A DNA stretch of 64,000 nt from Cyanophora paradoxa CCMP329 (lineage: Eukaryota > Plantae > Glaucophyta), in contig QPMI01000420.1 in the NCBI GenBank assembly GCA_004431415.1, forward strand, positions 1-64,000, read 5' to 3'. The notes beneath the pieces were generated by a model, which saw nothing but the letters and a program-made list of their open reading frames with translations, had not been told where the DNA came from and did no database searches. Shown here in pieces: positions 34,655 to 47,179 of the stretch (its first letter is position 1; each line of letters starts with the position of its first letter). Position numbers and translations under genes: made by a program.

Positions 34655-35681
34655 GGGAGCAGCCCGCAGCCCGAGCGGTTCCAGAAGGCGGTCCTGGAGG
34701 CGGCGAAGGTCCGCCGGGCGGTCCTGGAGGCTGCGAAGTGCGGCCCCAAGGTCTGCCCTCCCTTGCGCAACGTGCAGCCTGCATGCACGTTTTCGTTGGT
34801 CCCAAGATCGCGATCGATTTCACATCTAAAGCTCGATCTAGCCACCCTCGGGCCTCGTGCACGTGGGTCATTAAACTCAGATCATAATCACTGCACCATT
34901 ATGTACATATGCAGGCCACACGAGCCTGCGGAGAGGGAGAAGGGAGCAGGGAGGAGGGATGAAGAGGGGGTAGCAAGCAAAGAGAAGAGTGCAAGGAAAG
35001 AAGGACGGCAAGCACGAGGGCATGCTCCTGCAGAGAGAGCACAGCTCACGGATTGCTCTGCCTCAGAGCCTCTCCTCCGCCGGCCCCCGGAGCCCCCCCT
35101 TCGCCACCCTCCAGGCGCAGAGCGCCTCCTCCGGCCTGGGCTTGCGCCGGGCTTATCTGCATCTCGTCGGCGACTGTGGCTGTTGTGGGCCGGTCCTCTC
35201 TTGGGGAGTCGTCTTCAGCAGAGCTTGCCTGAGTAGCTGATCCCGCCGAGCCAGAGGCCACCGCCGGCGCCGGCGCTGCAGTGCAAATAAGAGATGATAA
35301 TCAGCAAAATCATGCACGCATATCGACACGCACGGGGCTGCTGCGCTGCTGTGTGGGGGTCGCTTGCGTGATGAGCCCAACGATTCCGCGAATTGGGCTT
35401 GCGCAATCCCGCGAATGCGCCGCACCAGGAGCAGGCCCGACTGCAGGAGTTGCCCCGATGATGTTCCGGAGTCCTGTCGCCCGTGCGTTGTTAACACAGA
35501 GAACAAAAGTTGCGGAAGGCTGATGCAAGAGACCGCAAACAAACTGACCATCGATCTCTCTCCGGAGCGCTTTCAGAGTACGCAACGGAGCATGATCAGA
35601 TCGAGAAGAAGCGAAGCAAGCTGGGAAGATCAAAGACACCGGCACACACCAGCTATTGTCGCTTGCAGGCCTTTTCGCGGA

Positions 35682-35990
35682 GAAGCCGATCAGGCAAGCG
35701 CCGAAAGGCAGGAGAACGAGAGGCGCATGAATCAACAGTATCCACTTAAAGAGATCGCCCCGACTCGGGTACGCACCGGCCACTTCCCGCTCGTGTGCCG
35801 CGCGAATACCTGTTTGCGAAGAGCCGATCAGGCAAGCGCCGAAAGGCAGGAGAACGAGCGGCGCAAGAATCAACAGCATCCACTAAAAGAGATCGCCCCG
35901 ACGCGGGTGCGCACCAGCCACTTCCTGCTCGTGTGCCGCAAGACGCCCTGTTAGCGAAGAGCCGATCAGGCAAGCGCCGAGGGCAAGAGG
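35682..35990. repeat. 138-bp VNTR inside each array unit (repeat starts: 3, 1, 4 and 2 in units 1-4)
   Basis: AGCCGATCAGGCAA recurs at ~35682/35820/35958; 41678; 48188/48324/48461/48604; 59635/59771. Confidence 0.8.
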
Positions 35991-38112
35991 ACGAGCAACG
36001 CAATCCGGAAGGAAGAAAAGATATCACAGTTTCAGCGGGCAACGCACCGGCCATTTGCCGATGACACGCTGTTCGGGAGAGCAAGGAGAGATCAGCTTGG
36101 GCCAACACGCGCAACGAGCGCGAGCGCCGTACCCTCAAGCTCGGCCGTGAGAGCTGCTCAGAGAGCCGAGGCGTCAGTTTCGGAGTCGAGGGCGTTTGCC
36201 GGAGAGCGCACATTCTATTCGCAGGCGCTCGGCCGCGGCGTGGCCCTCCAGGGTCGTTCGCGCTGCACCGGTGAGAGGCGTCAAGACCGGGACGGACCGG
36301 CGCCAGTTGTCGGCGTGGACGGAAGCACCTTGCTGACGGTCCATCCGAACGGTCTGTTTGGGGGATTGAGCCAAGGATGGGTATCGCAGCTCTTCGGCAC
36401 TTCGGTCGAGGTACTGGCGTCTGCGGGCATTAAGCGTCAGGCTAGGCAGTACCACCATCAAGCCTGTGCCCGCGCAACATGTAGATCCTCGGGCTCTTTC
36501 CTGGCTTTTTTATCCATCTGATAGCCGCGACCTGAGCTACCCGCCAGCCGCGCTGTGTCTGTCTGACGTGCCGGAGGACGCCGTTTGGCGGTCCTTCCGC
36601 TACGGTCCTTCCCCTTCATGCGCGTACCTTTCACGGTGGTTGTGCGTCGATTCCGCTAACGGGCAGAGATCGCCCGCTGCAGATGAGTTCAGTCATCTTG
36701 TTCCGATTGCATTTGCTCCTCTTCTGTGCCTGAGGTCGTCAGCGGTACGCGAGAACTTCGGTCGGAGGTCACGTTGACTGCAGCTGACCCACCGCCGCGC
36801 AGCGGGTGGCGCGCCCGTGCCCGCCTCGCACAGAGGTTGGTCTCTGGGCCGCGGCCCTTGAAACCGAGTCCCGGCGCCCGGAAATGCGATCTCCCCTTAC
36901 GAGATATCCCACACGACGCACTGCCTCCCAGCCACTACGTGCTTCACGGGCGGCGCGCAATCTCCATAGCAGCAGCGACCAGCAGACAGTTCGCAGCCAC
37001 CTGACGCGGCGCCTGACGACCGAGGAGGCGCGCGCGGAGAAGGAGGAGGCGACGCGGCAGCCCGCCACCGAGGCGAGTGACCGAGGCTAGGGCAAGGCTC
37101 AAGTTGAGTTCCCCGCCGAAGAGAGAGAAAGGGCGAACTCGGAATTGGCTGCAGCCCTTTCAATTACTCCTGATGCACGATCTCCCCACCAGAGAGGAGA
37201 GTGCCGCAAGACGACGCGTATGCGACACGCCTGGTTCAGCGCGCGGCAGGCCTGATGGCTTCCAGCTCCAAGGGCGACGCACGCGCGTGCGGTACGCGAG
37301 CTCGAATCGGCGACAGCTGTCCCCTCGTAGCCCAATCCGTTCACATCCCTGAAATTCTCCGCCCAGTGGCACCGGCGTCTGGGAAGCTGGTGCAGGGTGG
37401 CCCGCGGCCCGCGGCTGCCCCTCCCCCGCAGCGGCTGGCCCCTCCCGACACCCCCTGATCTCCCGGCACTGGCAAGCGCGGCGGACGGCCGCCGCTGGGC
37501 CGCGCTCGTGTCAGACGACCCCGCGGCTTCCTCCGCCGCCTCCTCCGCCGTCGGCTCGCGCGCCAGCGCTCTACCCCGCGCCTCCTCCTCAGTGCGATCC
37601 CTTGATTCCTGTACCCCGCTGCACTTCTAATGGAGCTGACCGCAGCCCCGAGCGGGTCCGGGAGGCGGCGAACTGCGGCGCCGAGGTGCGCCCTCCCTCG
37701 CGCCCCCCGCGGGGGAACGGGACGGCTCAGCGTACCCCCCTTCTTCTCCCCCCCCCCTCCTTCTGCCTCGCAGGTCGTTGCCGTTGGGGATGCCCCCGCC
37801 GCCGCCGCGCTGCTCCGCGCCGGACTCCGCCGCCTGACGCCGCGTACCCCTTCCTCATCTCCTCCGCCCGGGGTACGGCGTTCTCGAGCTCTGCGGTCCC
37901 TCGCTCCCCCGCCCGATGCGCTCACTGGAGCACTGCAGGGGCGGACGCCGGCCCCCAGTGGGTCGACGCGGAGGGGTACGCCGGCGCCCGCTCCCGCACG
38001 GGTACGCCCTCGCGCGTCCGGGCCGTCCGCGGGGAGGAGGGCGAGCGCCTGGCCGCGGCTTGCATTGCGGACGATCCGATGCTCACTAATGCTCACTAAT
38101 GCTTCTTGCTCA

Positions 38113-38355
38113 CTAATGTGCGCTCACTAATGTGCGCTCACCGCTTCTTCCGAAGAAAAGCGGAATGGTCGATCGCTTTGTGGCTTGGCACAGCTGGGAG
38201 ATGTCCACTACGGCGTATTCCGAAAGTTCGAAGTCGAGCATCTCGCTGTCCATGATGTCGCCGAAGGAGGCTCCGGTGCTTCCCTGCGAGAAGAGAATGC
38301 GGCTCGGGTCCAAGTACAGGTACTCAAAAGTCGGCCGGATCATGCAAATGAGCAT
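38113..38355 (-). pseudogene. Degenerate ParB-like exon (further copies at ~44705-44945, 50791-51033, 62600-62792)
   Basis: YLDPSRILFSQGS...SFGD, homologous to 32001-32233; the SLDNRRL exon is not seen. Confidence 0.6.
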
Positions 38356-38851
38356 ACCGTGTTCGGGCGCGTAGAGCTAACCCAAAACAGCTCGCTGGCG
38401 CTCCGGAAAGCCTGTAAACTTGTAGATCAATCATCCGCGCAACGACTGCGGCGCGGCCGAGTCGCGCCGAGCGGCGCCGGCGGCGCACGAGACGAGAGCG
38501 CGCACGGCGGTTATCGGATGGCCAGCTGACAGGTTGGCGGAAACGCTTCGCCCCGCGCAGCTGGACCCCCTAGCTGGCTCCTGCGCATGCGATGTTGGAC
38601 CGCCGCCCCTAGGGCCTAGACGCGCAGTGCTTGCTTTGTGTCGTAGGAGTTCGACCGAAATGCCGGGCGGGTGTACAGGTGTACCCGGCGGCCGGTCCCG
38701 CGAGCCCGTCCCCGGGGGAAGCAACAGAACCGGGAAAACCGGCGGCCTCTGGCCTGTCCTCAGCGATTCGAAGCGGTATAATAGGTCGGCCACTTCGTCT
38801 GGAGTCGCGCGCGGTGCTGGCGGAGCAGCGTCGCGGATCGCTCGGCCAGCG

Positions 38852-40650
38852 ATGAGGGCGCCCGCGGGCGGCGGCGCGCTGGCGCTGCTGCTAGCGGCTT
38901 CGGTGCTGCTGGCGTGGTTCGCGGCGCCCGCGGCTGCGATCAAGGCGCACTCGTACGCCTGAAGCCACGCCCTGAACGAGAAGCCCGTGCTGGTGCGGAC
39001 GGCGGGGCCGTGCCCGTGCCTCGTCTCGTATTTCGTGGAGGCGAGCCCGTTCAGCGTGCGGGCGGCGCTCGTGCTGCTCAGCTCGGGCGCGTACGAGAAG
39101 TTCGTGGCGGGCCGGCTGCGCCCCGACGAGCCCGGGCAGGAGACGGTCGTCGTGGAGAGCGCGGGGACGCTCGCGCGGGCGGAGGACTTCCGGCAGGCGG
39201 CGGTGCCCGACGGCGAGCACCTCTTCGTCGTCCTCGCGCCGCTGGCCACGGGCTACGTCCTCGTCGACATCGTCCCCGCCGGTCCGCCCGCCCGCCCGCG
39301 CTCTCGCCCGAGTGCGCGCCGCGCCCCGGATCGGTGCGAGCTCGATCGGCGCAGACGGCGGGTCGGTGACGCTGCCGCCGGGCCAGGCGCTGGTGCTGAG
39401 CAGCGCGCGGGCGTGCCCGTGCGCGGCGGCGAACCAGCTGGCGACCGACGCCGACCCCAAGGACCTCGCCGTCGCGTTCCTGGACGACGACGGCCTCGCG
39501 GCGGCGCTCGGCGGCTCCGGCGGCGGCGCCGTCGCCCCCGTCGCCGGCTTCTTCCCCTCGGGCGCCGCGCACAGCGCGCCGGCGGACGCGGCGGCGGTGC
39601 GGCGGGTGCGGGAGCGGGCGCTGAAGGGCGCAGCGGGGACCGTCGGGCAGCGGATGCACGTTGTGCTGGCGAACCTCTCGCCGCGGCCCACCGTCGTCCA
39701 GGTCGCCCTCGCCATGGCCGGCTCCTGTGCGCGCCAAGCCCGCCTGCGCGCCCCTCTAGGACCGAACCGAACGTCCAACATCTCGCGCAGATCCGACCGA
39801 GGTGGAGTTCGCGACGGGGGCGCCGACCTCGGGCGGGCCCGTCGCGATCGTGGGGCGCCACTTCGGGTCCCGGCAGGACCTCTTGGGCCAGATCACCATC
39901 GGCGGCCGGCCCTGCGCCTCCCCGCAGCTGTTGCTCCCGGGGCACCTCCTCCGCTGCGACGCCGCCCCAAGTACGGGGTTCGCCCTCGACGTCTCCGTGA
40001 CCGTCGCCGGGATGAGCTCCGGCGCCACCGGCCGCCGCCGCTTCTGGTACGACGGTCAGTGTATCCCCTACCTCCAAGAACGGCGTACCCCCAGCTCTGA
40101 ACCCTGCGGTAGGCCCCTATGTCTTGACCGTGACATCATCCCCGCCGTCGGGGTGTACCGTCACGATGCGGGGCGGCAACCTCGGGGCGCGGGGTACGGG
40201 CGGCGAGGTCGCGGCCTGGATCGGCGGGCGCCCATGCACCAACGCGCGCGTCTTCGTACCCCACAGCGAGGTCCGCCTGTACCCCCCTCCAATCCCCGCG
40301 GACCGCGCCGAGCTGTACCCCAGATCGTCTGCGAGGCGCCCCCGGGTACGGGATCCGGCTTGGACGCCGTGGTCCGCGTGGGGGGTAGGCCCGCCGACTT
40401 CGACGGCGCCGGTGCCTTCGCGTACGGCTTGTACCCCCGTGCGGCCTCCCCCCCACCCTCCCACCGCCCTCTGACCCTCCCCACAGCGGCGAAGAGCGCG
40501 GCGGACGGCCGCCGGTCGGCCGTGCTCGTTTCGGACGACCCCGCGGCGGACTCCGCCGCCGCCTCCGCCGCCGGCTCGCGCGCCAGCGGTCCACCCCACG
40601 CCTCTTCCTCGGTACGATCACTTGATTCCCGTACCCTGCTGCACTTCTAA
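38852..40650 (+). pseudogene. IPT/TIG protein, unit 2 (TGG>TGA at 38960)
   Basis: Premature stop just after the signal peptide. Confidence 0.7.
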
Positions 40651-43600
40651 GGGAGCAGCCCGCAGCCCGAGCGGTTCCAGAAGGCGGTCCTGGAGGCGGC
40701 GAAGGTCCGCCGGGCGGTCCTGGAGGCTGCGAAGTGCGGCCCCAAGGTCTGCCCTCCCTCGCGCAACGTGCAGCCTGCATGCACGTTTTCGTTGGTCCCA
40801 AGATCGCGATCGATTTCACATCTAAAGCTCGATCTAGCCACCCTCGGGCCTCGTGCACGTGGGTCATTAAACTCAGATCATAATCACTGCACCATTATGT
40901 ACATATGCAGGCCACACGAGCCTGCGGAGAGGGAGAAGGGAGCAGGGAGGAGGGATGAAGAGGGGGTAGCAAGCAAAGAGAAGAGTGCAAGGAAAGAAGG
41001 ACGGCAAGCACGAGGGCATGCTCCTGCAGAGAGAGCACAGCTCACGGATTGCTCTGCCTCAGAGCCTCTCCTCCGCCGGCCCCCGGAGCCCCCCCTTCGC
41101 CACCCTCCAGGCGCAGAGCGCCTCCTCCGGCCTGGGCTTGCGCCGGGCTTATCTGCATCTCGTCGGCGACTGTGGCTGTTGTGGGCCGGTCCTCTCTTGG
41201 GGAGTCGTCTTCAGCAGAGCTTGCCTGAGTAGCTGATCCCGCCGAGCCAGAGGCCACCGCCGGCGCCGGCGCTGCAGTGCAAATAAGAGATGATAATCAG
41301 CAAAATCATGCACGCATATCGACACGCACGGGGCTGCTGCGCTGCTGTGTGGGGGTCGCTTGCGTGATGAGCCCAACGATTCCGCGAATTGGGCTTGCGC
41401 AATCCCGCGAATGCGCCGCACCAGGAGCAGGCCCGACTGCAGGAGTTGCCCCGATGATGTTCCGGAGTCCTGTCGCCCGTGCGTTGTTAACACAGAGAAC
41501 AAAAGTTGCGGAAGGCTGATGCAAGAGACCGCAAACAAACTGACCATCGATCTCTCTCCGGAGCGCTTTCAGAGTACGCAACGGAGCATGATCAGATCGA
41601 GAAGAAGCGAAGCAAGCTGGGAAGATCAAAGACACCGACACACACCAGCTATTGTCGCTTGCAGGCCTTTTCGCGGAGAAGCCGATCAGGCAAGCGCCGA
41701 GGGCAAGAGGACGAGCAACGCAATCCGGAAGGAAGAAAAGATATCACAGTTTCAGCGGGCAACGCACCGGCCATTTGCCGATGACACGCTGTTCGGGAGA
41801 GCAAGGAGAGATCAGATTGGGCCAACACGCGCAACGAGCGCGAGCGCCGTACCCTCAAGCTCGGCCGTGAGAGCTGCTCAGTAAGCCGAGGCGTCAGTTT
41901 CGGAGTCGAGGGCGTTTGCCGGAGAGCGCACATTCTATTCGCAGGCGCTCGGCCGCGGCGTGGCCCTCCAGGGTCGTTCGCGCTGCACCGGTGAGAGGCG
42001 TCAAGACCGGGACGGACCGGCGCCAGTTGTCGGCGTGGACGGAAGCACCTTGCTGACGGTCCATCCGAACGGTCTGTTTGGGGGATTGAGCCAAGGATGG
42101 GTATCGCAGCTCTTCGGCACTTCGGTCGAGGTACTGGCGTCTGCGGGCATTAAGCGTCAGGCTAGGCAGTACCACCATCAAGCCTGTGCCCGCGCAACAT
42201 GTAGATCCTCGGGCTCTTTCCTGGCTTTTTTATCCATCTGATAGCCGCGACCTGAGCTACCCGCCAGCCGCGCTGTGTCTGTCTGACGTGCCGAGGACGC
42301 CGTTTGGCGGTCCTTCCGCTACGGTCCTTCCCCTTCATGCGCGTACCTTTCACGGTGGTTGTGCGTCGATTCCGCTAACGGGCAGAGATCGCGCGCTGCA
42401 GATGAGTTCAGTCATCTTGTTCCGATTGCATTTGCTCCTCTTCTGTGCCTGAGGTCGTCAGCGGTACGCGAGAACTTCGGTCGGAGGTCACGTTGACTGC
42501 AGCTGATCCAACGCCGCGCAGCGGGTGGCGCGCCCGTGCCCGCCTCGCACAGAGGTTGGTCTCTGGGCCGCGGCCCTTGAAACCGAGTCCCGGCGCCCGG
42601 AAATGCGATCTCCCCTTTCGAGATATTTCACACGACGCACTGCCTCCCAGCCACTACGTGCTTCACGGGCGGCGCGCAATCTCCATAGCAGCAGCGACCA
42701 GCAGACAGTTCGCAGCCACCTGACGCGGCGCCTGACGACCGAGGAGGCGCGCGCGGAGAAGGAGGAGGCGACGCGGCAGCCCGCCACCGATCGCGAGGCG
42801 AGTGACCGAGGCTAGGGCAAGGCTCAAGTTGAGTTCCCCGCCGAAGAGAGAGAAAGGGCGAACTCGGAATTGGCTGCAGCCCTTTCAATTACTCCTGATG
42901 CACGATCTCCCCACCAGAGAGGAGAGTGCCGCAAGACGACGCGTATGCGACACGCCTGGTTCAGCGCGCGGCAGGCCTGATGGCTTCCAGCTCCAAGGGC
43001 GACGCACGCGCGTGCGGTACGCGAGCTCGAATCGGCGACAGCTGTCCCCTCGTAGCCCAATCCGTTCACATCCCTGAAATTCTCCGCCCAGTGGCACCGG
43101 CATCTGGGAAGCTGGTGCAAGGTGGTCCGCGGCCCGCGGCTGGCCCTCCCCCGCAGCGGCTGGCCCCTCCCGACGCCCCCTGATCTCATGGCACTGGCGA
43201 GCGCGGCGGACAGCGGACGGCTTACTCCGCCGCCTCCTCCGCCGCCGGCTGGCGCGCCAGCGCTCTACCCCGCGCCTTCTCCTCGGTGCGATCCCTTGAT
43301 TCCCGTACCCCGCTGCACTTCTAATGGAGCCGACCGCAGCCCGAGCGGGTCCGGGAGGCGGTCCTGGAGGCGGCGAACTGCGGCGCCGAGGTGCGCCCTC
43401 CCTCGCGCCCCCCGCGGGGGAACGGGACGGCTCAGCGTACCCCCCTTCTTGTCTCTCCCCCCCCTCCTCTGCCTCGCAGGTCGTTCTCGTTGGGGACGCC
43501 CCCGCCGCCGGCGCGCTGCTCCGCGCCGGACTCCGCCGCCTGACGCCGCGTACCCCTTCCTCGTCTCCTCCGCCCGGGGTACGGCGTTCTCGAGCTCTGC

Positions 43601-43897
43601 GGTCCCTCGCTCCGGATCCCCCGCCCGATGCGCTCACTGGAACACTGCAGGGGCGGACGCCGGCCCCAGTGGGTCGACGCGGAGGGGTACGCCGGCGCCC
43701 GCTCCCGGAACGGTACCTCCTCGCTCGTCTGGGCCGTCCATGGGGAGGAGGGCGCGCGCCTGCGCTTCCCCGTCCAGTCCTTGCCAGTCCTTTGTACAAA
43801 GCCCCATTGGGGCGTTACTCAGATTGAATACAACATGAATGCAACAATATTAATGTCCTGCACCGGGGTCTGTTGCTGCCGGTAGGGCGGGGACCTA

Positions 43898-44156
43898 CCG
43901 TAAAACACTTAAGTAATGCGCCGGTAAGTAATGCGTTTTTGGACCCGGACCCCCAGTACGGTTAATTATGCGCCCCCGAATTAATGCGTTTTGAAGCCTT
44001 CTGGCTGCATGAGGGGGGTACATACCGCAGTTTTCTTAGGTCCGGCTTAGCGCTCGGATATTAATGCGCCCCCAAATTAATGCGTTTTGCCAGCGGAAAA
44101 CGCATTATTTCGGGACCGCATTACTTAAGTGCACGCATTACTTAAGTGTTTTACGG
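43898..44156. mobile_element. 259-bp MITE with perfect 23-bp TIRs and TA TSD (Tc1/mariner-pogo type)
   Basis: CCGTAAAACACTTAAGTAATGCG...CGCATTACTTAAGTGTTTTACGG; empty site GGACCTAGCC at ~62045. Confidence 0.93.
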
Positions 44157-45364
44157 TAGCCAAACTGCATACAGGCCATGACTGTGACCGAGGGCGGAGC
44201 ACATGAAGCGGTTGGGGGGCTTGAGAGGAGGCGGGGGCGAGGGGGGGGAGTTTGCTAGGCGCAAGGGATACTTCATGAGACAGAGTTGAGCCGTTGACAA
44301 GAAGCAGGGAGGGGCTACAGAAGCGGCGCGCGATGAGGGAGCTATGGCGCTCGGGCTCCAGGCGGCCTCGCCGGCCTGCAGCTGGCGGGCAGCGAGGAAG
44401 GCGGCGGCGGTGGGATCGCGCTGGGAGAGGAGGGCGGCGAACTTGGCCACCGCCGCGAGGGGAGGAGGCGGCGAGGAGGGAGGAGGGAGGACAGGAGGGC
44501 CGCGAACTTCGGAACTTGGCCGCCGCCGCGGCCAACGGTTGGTGTTCCCCGGCGGAGCAGGGACCTCCTCCCGCGCCTTCTTGGCGGCCTCCGCGGCGTC
44601 CTCTGCCGCCGCCCGCTTGCGCCTGGCCGCGGCTTGCACCGCGGACGATCTAAGGGCGGCGTCGAGCGGCTCGCGCGCTAGCCATAGCTATAGCTTCTTG
44701 CTCACTAATGTGCGCTCACTAATGTGCGCTCACCGCTTCTTCCGAAGAAAAGCGGAATGGTCGATCGCTTTGTGGCTTGGCACATCTGGGAGATGTCCAC
44801 TGTGGCGTATTCCGAAAGTTCGAAGTCGAGCATCTCGCTGTCCATGAGGCTCCCGTGCTCCGGTGCTGCCCTGCGAGAAGAGAATGCGGCTCGGGTCCAA
44901 GTACAGGTACTCAAAAGTCGGCCGGATCATGCAAATGAGCATACCGTAGAAAGTGCGTGACGCGCACAGGCTAACCCAAAGCAGGCCCGCTGGCGCTCCG
45001 GCCGAGTCGCGCCGAGCAGCGCCAGCGGCGCACGAGAGGACGCGCACAGCGGTTATCAGATGGCCAGCTGACAGGTCGGCGGGAACGCTTCGTCCTGCGC
45101 AGCTGACCCCCGAGCTGGCTCCTGTAATGCTCGGTCCTCGCCCCTAGGCGCGCGGTGCTTGCTTTGGGGTGTGGAAGTTCGAGCTGGGCATGTGTACCCG
45201 CCGGCTGGTCCCGCGAGCCCGTACCCGGGCGGAGCAACAAAACCGGGAAAACCGGCGGCCTCTGGCCTGCCTCACACGTTCGAAAGCGGTAGCATAGGTC
45301 GGCCGCTTCGTCCAGAGTCGCGCGCGACGCTGGCGGAGCAACGTCGCGGGTCGCTCGGCCAGCG

Positions 45365-47179
45365 ATGAGGGCGCCCGCGGGCGGCGGCGCGCTGGCGCTG
45401 CTGCTCGCGGCTTCGGTGCTGCTGGCGTGGTTCGCGGCGCCCGCGGCTGCGATCAAGGCGCACTCCTACGCGTGGAGCCACGTCCCGAACGAGAAGCCCG
45501 TGCTGGTGCGGACGGCGGGGCCGTGCCCGTTCCTCGTCTCGTACTTCGTGGAGGCGAGCCCGTTCAGCGTGCGGGCGGCGCTCGTGCTGCTCAGCTCGGG
45601 CGCGTACGAGAAGTTCGTGGCGGGCCGGCTGCGCCCCGACGAGCCCGGGCAGGAGACGGTCGTCGTGGAGAGCTCCGGGACGCTCGCGCGGGCGGAGGAC
45701 TTCCGGCAGGCGGCGGTGCCCGACGGAGAGCACCTCTTCGTCGTCCTCGCGCCGCTGGCCACGGGCTACCTCCCCGTCCGCGTCCTCGTCGACATCGTCC
45801 CCGCCGGTCCGCTCGATGCGCGTGCGCCGCGCGCCTCGGATCGGTGCGAGCTGATCGGTGGGCAGACGGCGGGTCGGTGACGCTGCCGCCGGGCCAGGCG
45901 CTGGTGCTGAGCAGCGCGCGGGCGTGCCCGTGCGCGGCGGCGAACCAGCTGGCGACCGACGCCGACCCGAAAGACCTCGTCGTTGCGTTCCTGGACGACG
46001 ACGGCCTCGCGGCGGCGCTCGGCGGCTCCGGCGCCGGCGCCGGCACCCTCGCCCTCGCCCCCGTCGCCGGCTTCTTCCCCTCGGGCGCCGCGCGCAGCGC
46101 CGCGGCGGACGTGGCGGCGGTGCGGCGGGTGCGGGAGCGGGCGCTGAAGGGGGCGGCGGGGACCGTCGGGCAGCGGATGCACGCCGTGCTCGTTAACCTC
46201 TCGCCGAGGCCCGCAGCCGCCCGGGTCGCCCTCGCCATGGCCGGCTCCCGTGCGCGCCAAGCCCGCCTGCACGCCCCGCTAGGACCGAATCGAAGATTTA
46301 ACGCCCGCGCAGATCCGCCCGAGGTGGAGTTCGCGACGGGGGCGCCGACCTCGGGCGGGCCCGTCGCGATCGTGGGGCGCCACTTCGGGTCCCGGCAGGA
46401 CCTCTTGGGCCAGATCACCGTTGGCGGCCGGCCCTGCGCCTCCCCGCAGCTGTTGCTCCCGGGGCACCTCCTCCGCTGCGACGCCGCCCCGGGTACGGGG
46501 TTCGCCCTCGACGTCTCCGTGACCGTCGCCGGGATGAGCTCCGGCACCACCGGCCGCCGCTGCTTCTGGTACGACGGTCAGCGTACCCCCTGCCTCCAAG
46601 AACGGCGTACCCCAGCACTGAACCCTGCGGCAGGCCCCTACGTCTCGAACGTGACCTCGGCCCCGCGGTCGGGGGGTACCGTGACGATGCGGGGCGGCAA
46701 CCTCGGGGCGGGGGGTACGGGCGGCGAAGTCGCGGCCTGCATCGGCGGGCACCCGTGCGCCAACGCGCGCGTCTCCGTACCCCACAGCGAGGTCCCTTTC
46801 CCCGCCTCCACCCCCACCCCCCGCGGACCGCACCGAGCTGTACCCCAGATCGTCTGCGAGGCGCCCCCGGGTACGGGATCCGGATTGGACGCCGTGGTCT
46901 GCGTGGGGGGTAGGCCCGCCGACTTTGACAGCGCCGGTGCCTTCGCGTGCGGCTTGTACCCCTGTGCGGCTTCTTTCCCCCCACCCCTACCACCGCCCTC
47001 TCACCCTCCCTGCAGCGGCGAAGAGCGCGGCGGACGGCCGCCGGTGGGCCGTGCTCGTTTCAGACGACCCCGCGGCCGACTCCGCCGCCGCCTCCGCCGC
47101 CGGCTCGCGCGCCAGCGGTCCACCCCACGCCTCCTCCTCTGTACGATCACTTGATTCCCGTACCCTGCTGCACTTCTAA
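45365..47179 (+). CDS. IPT/TIG protein, unit 3
   Basis: Paralog of unit 1. Confidence 0.68.
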
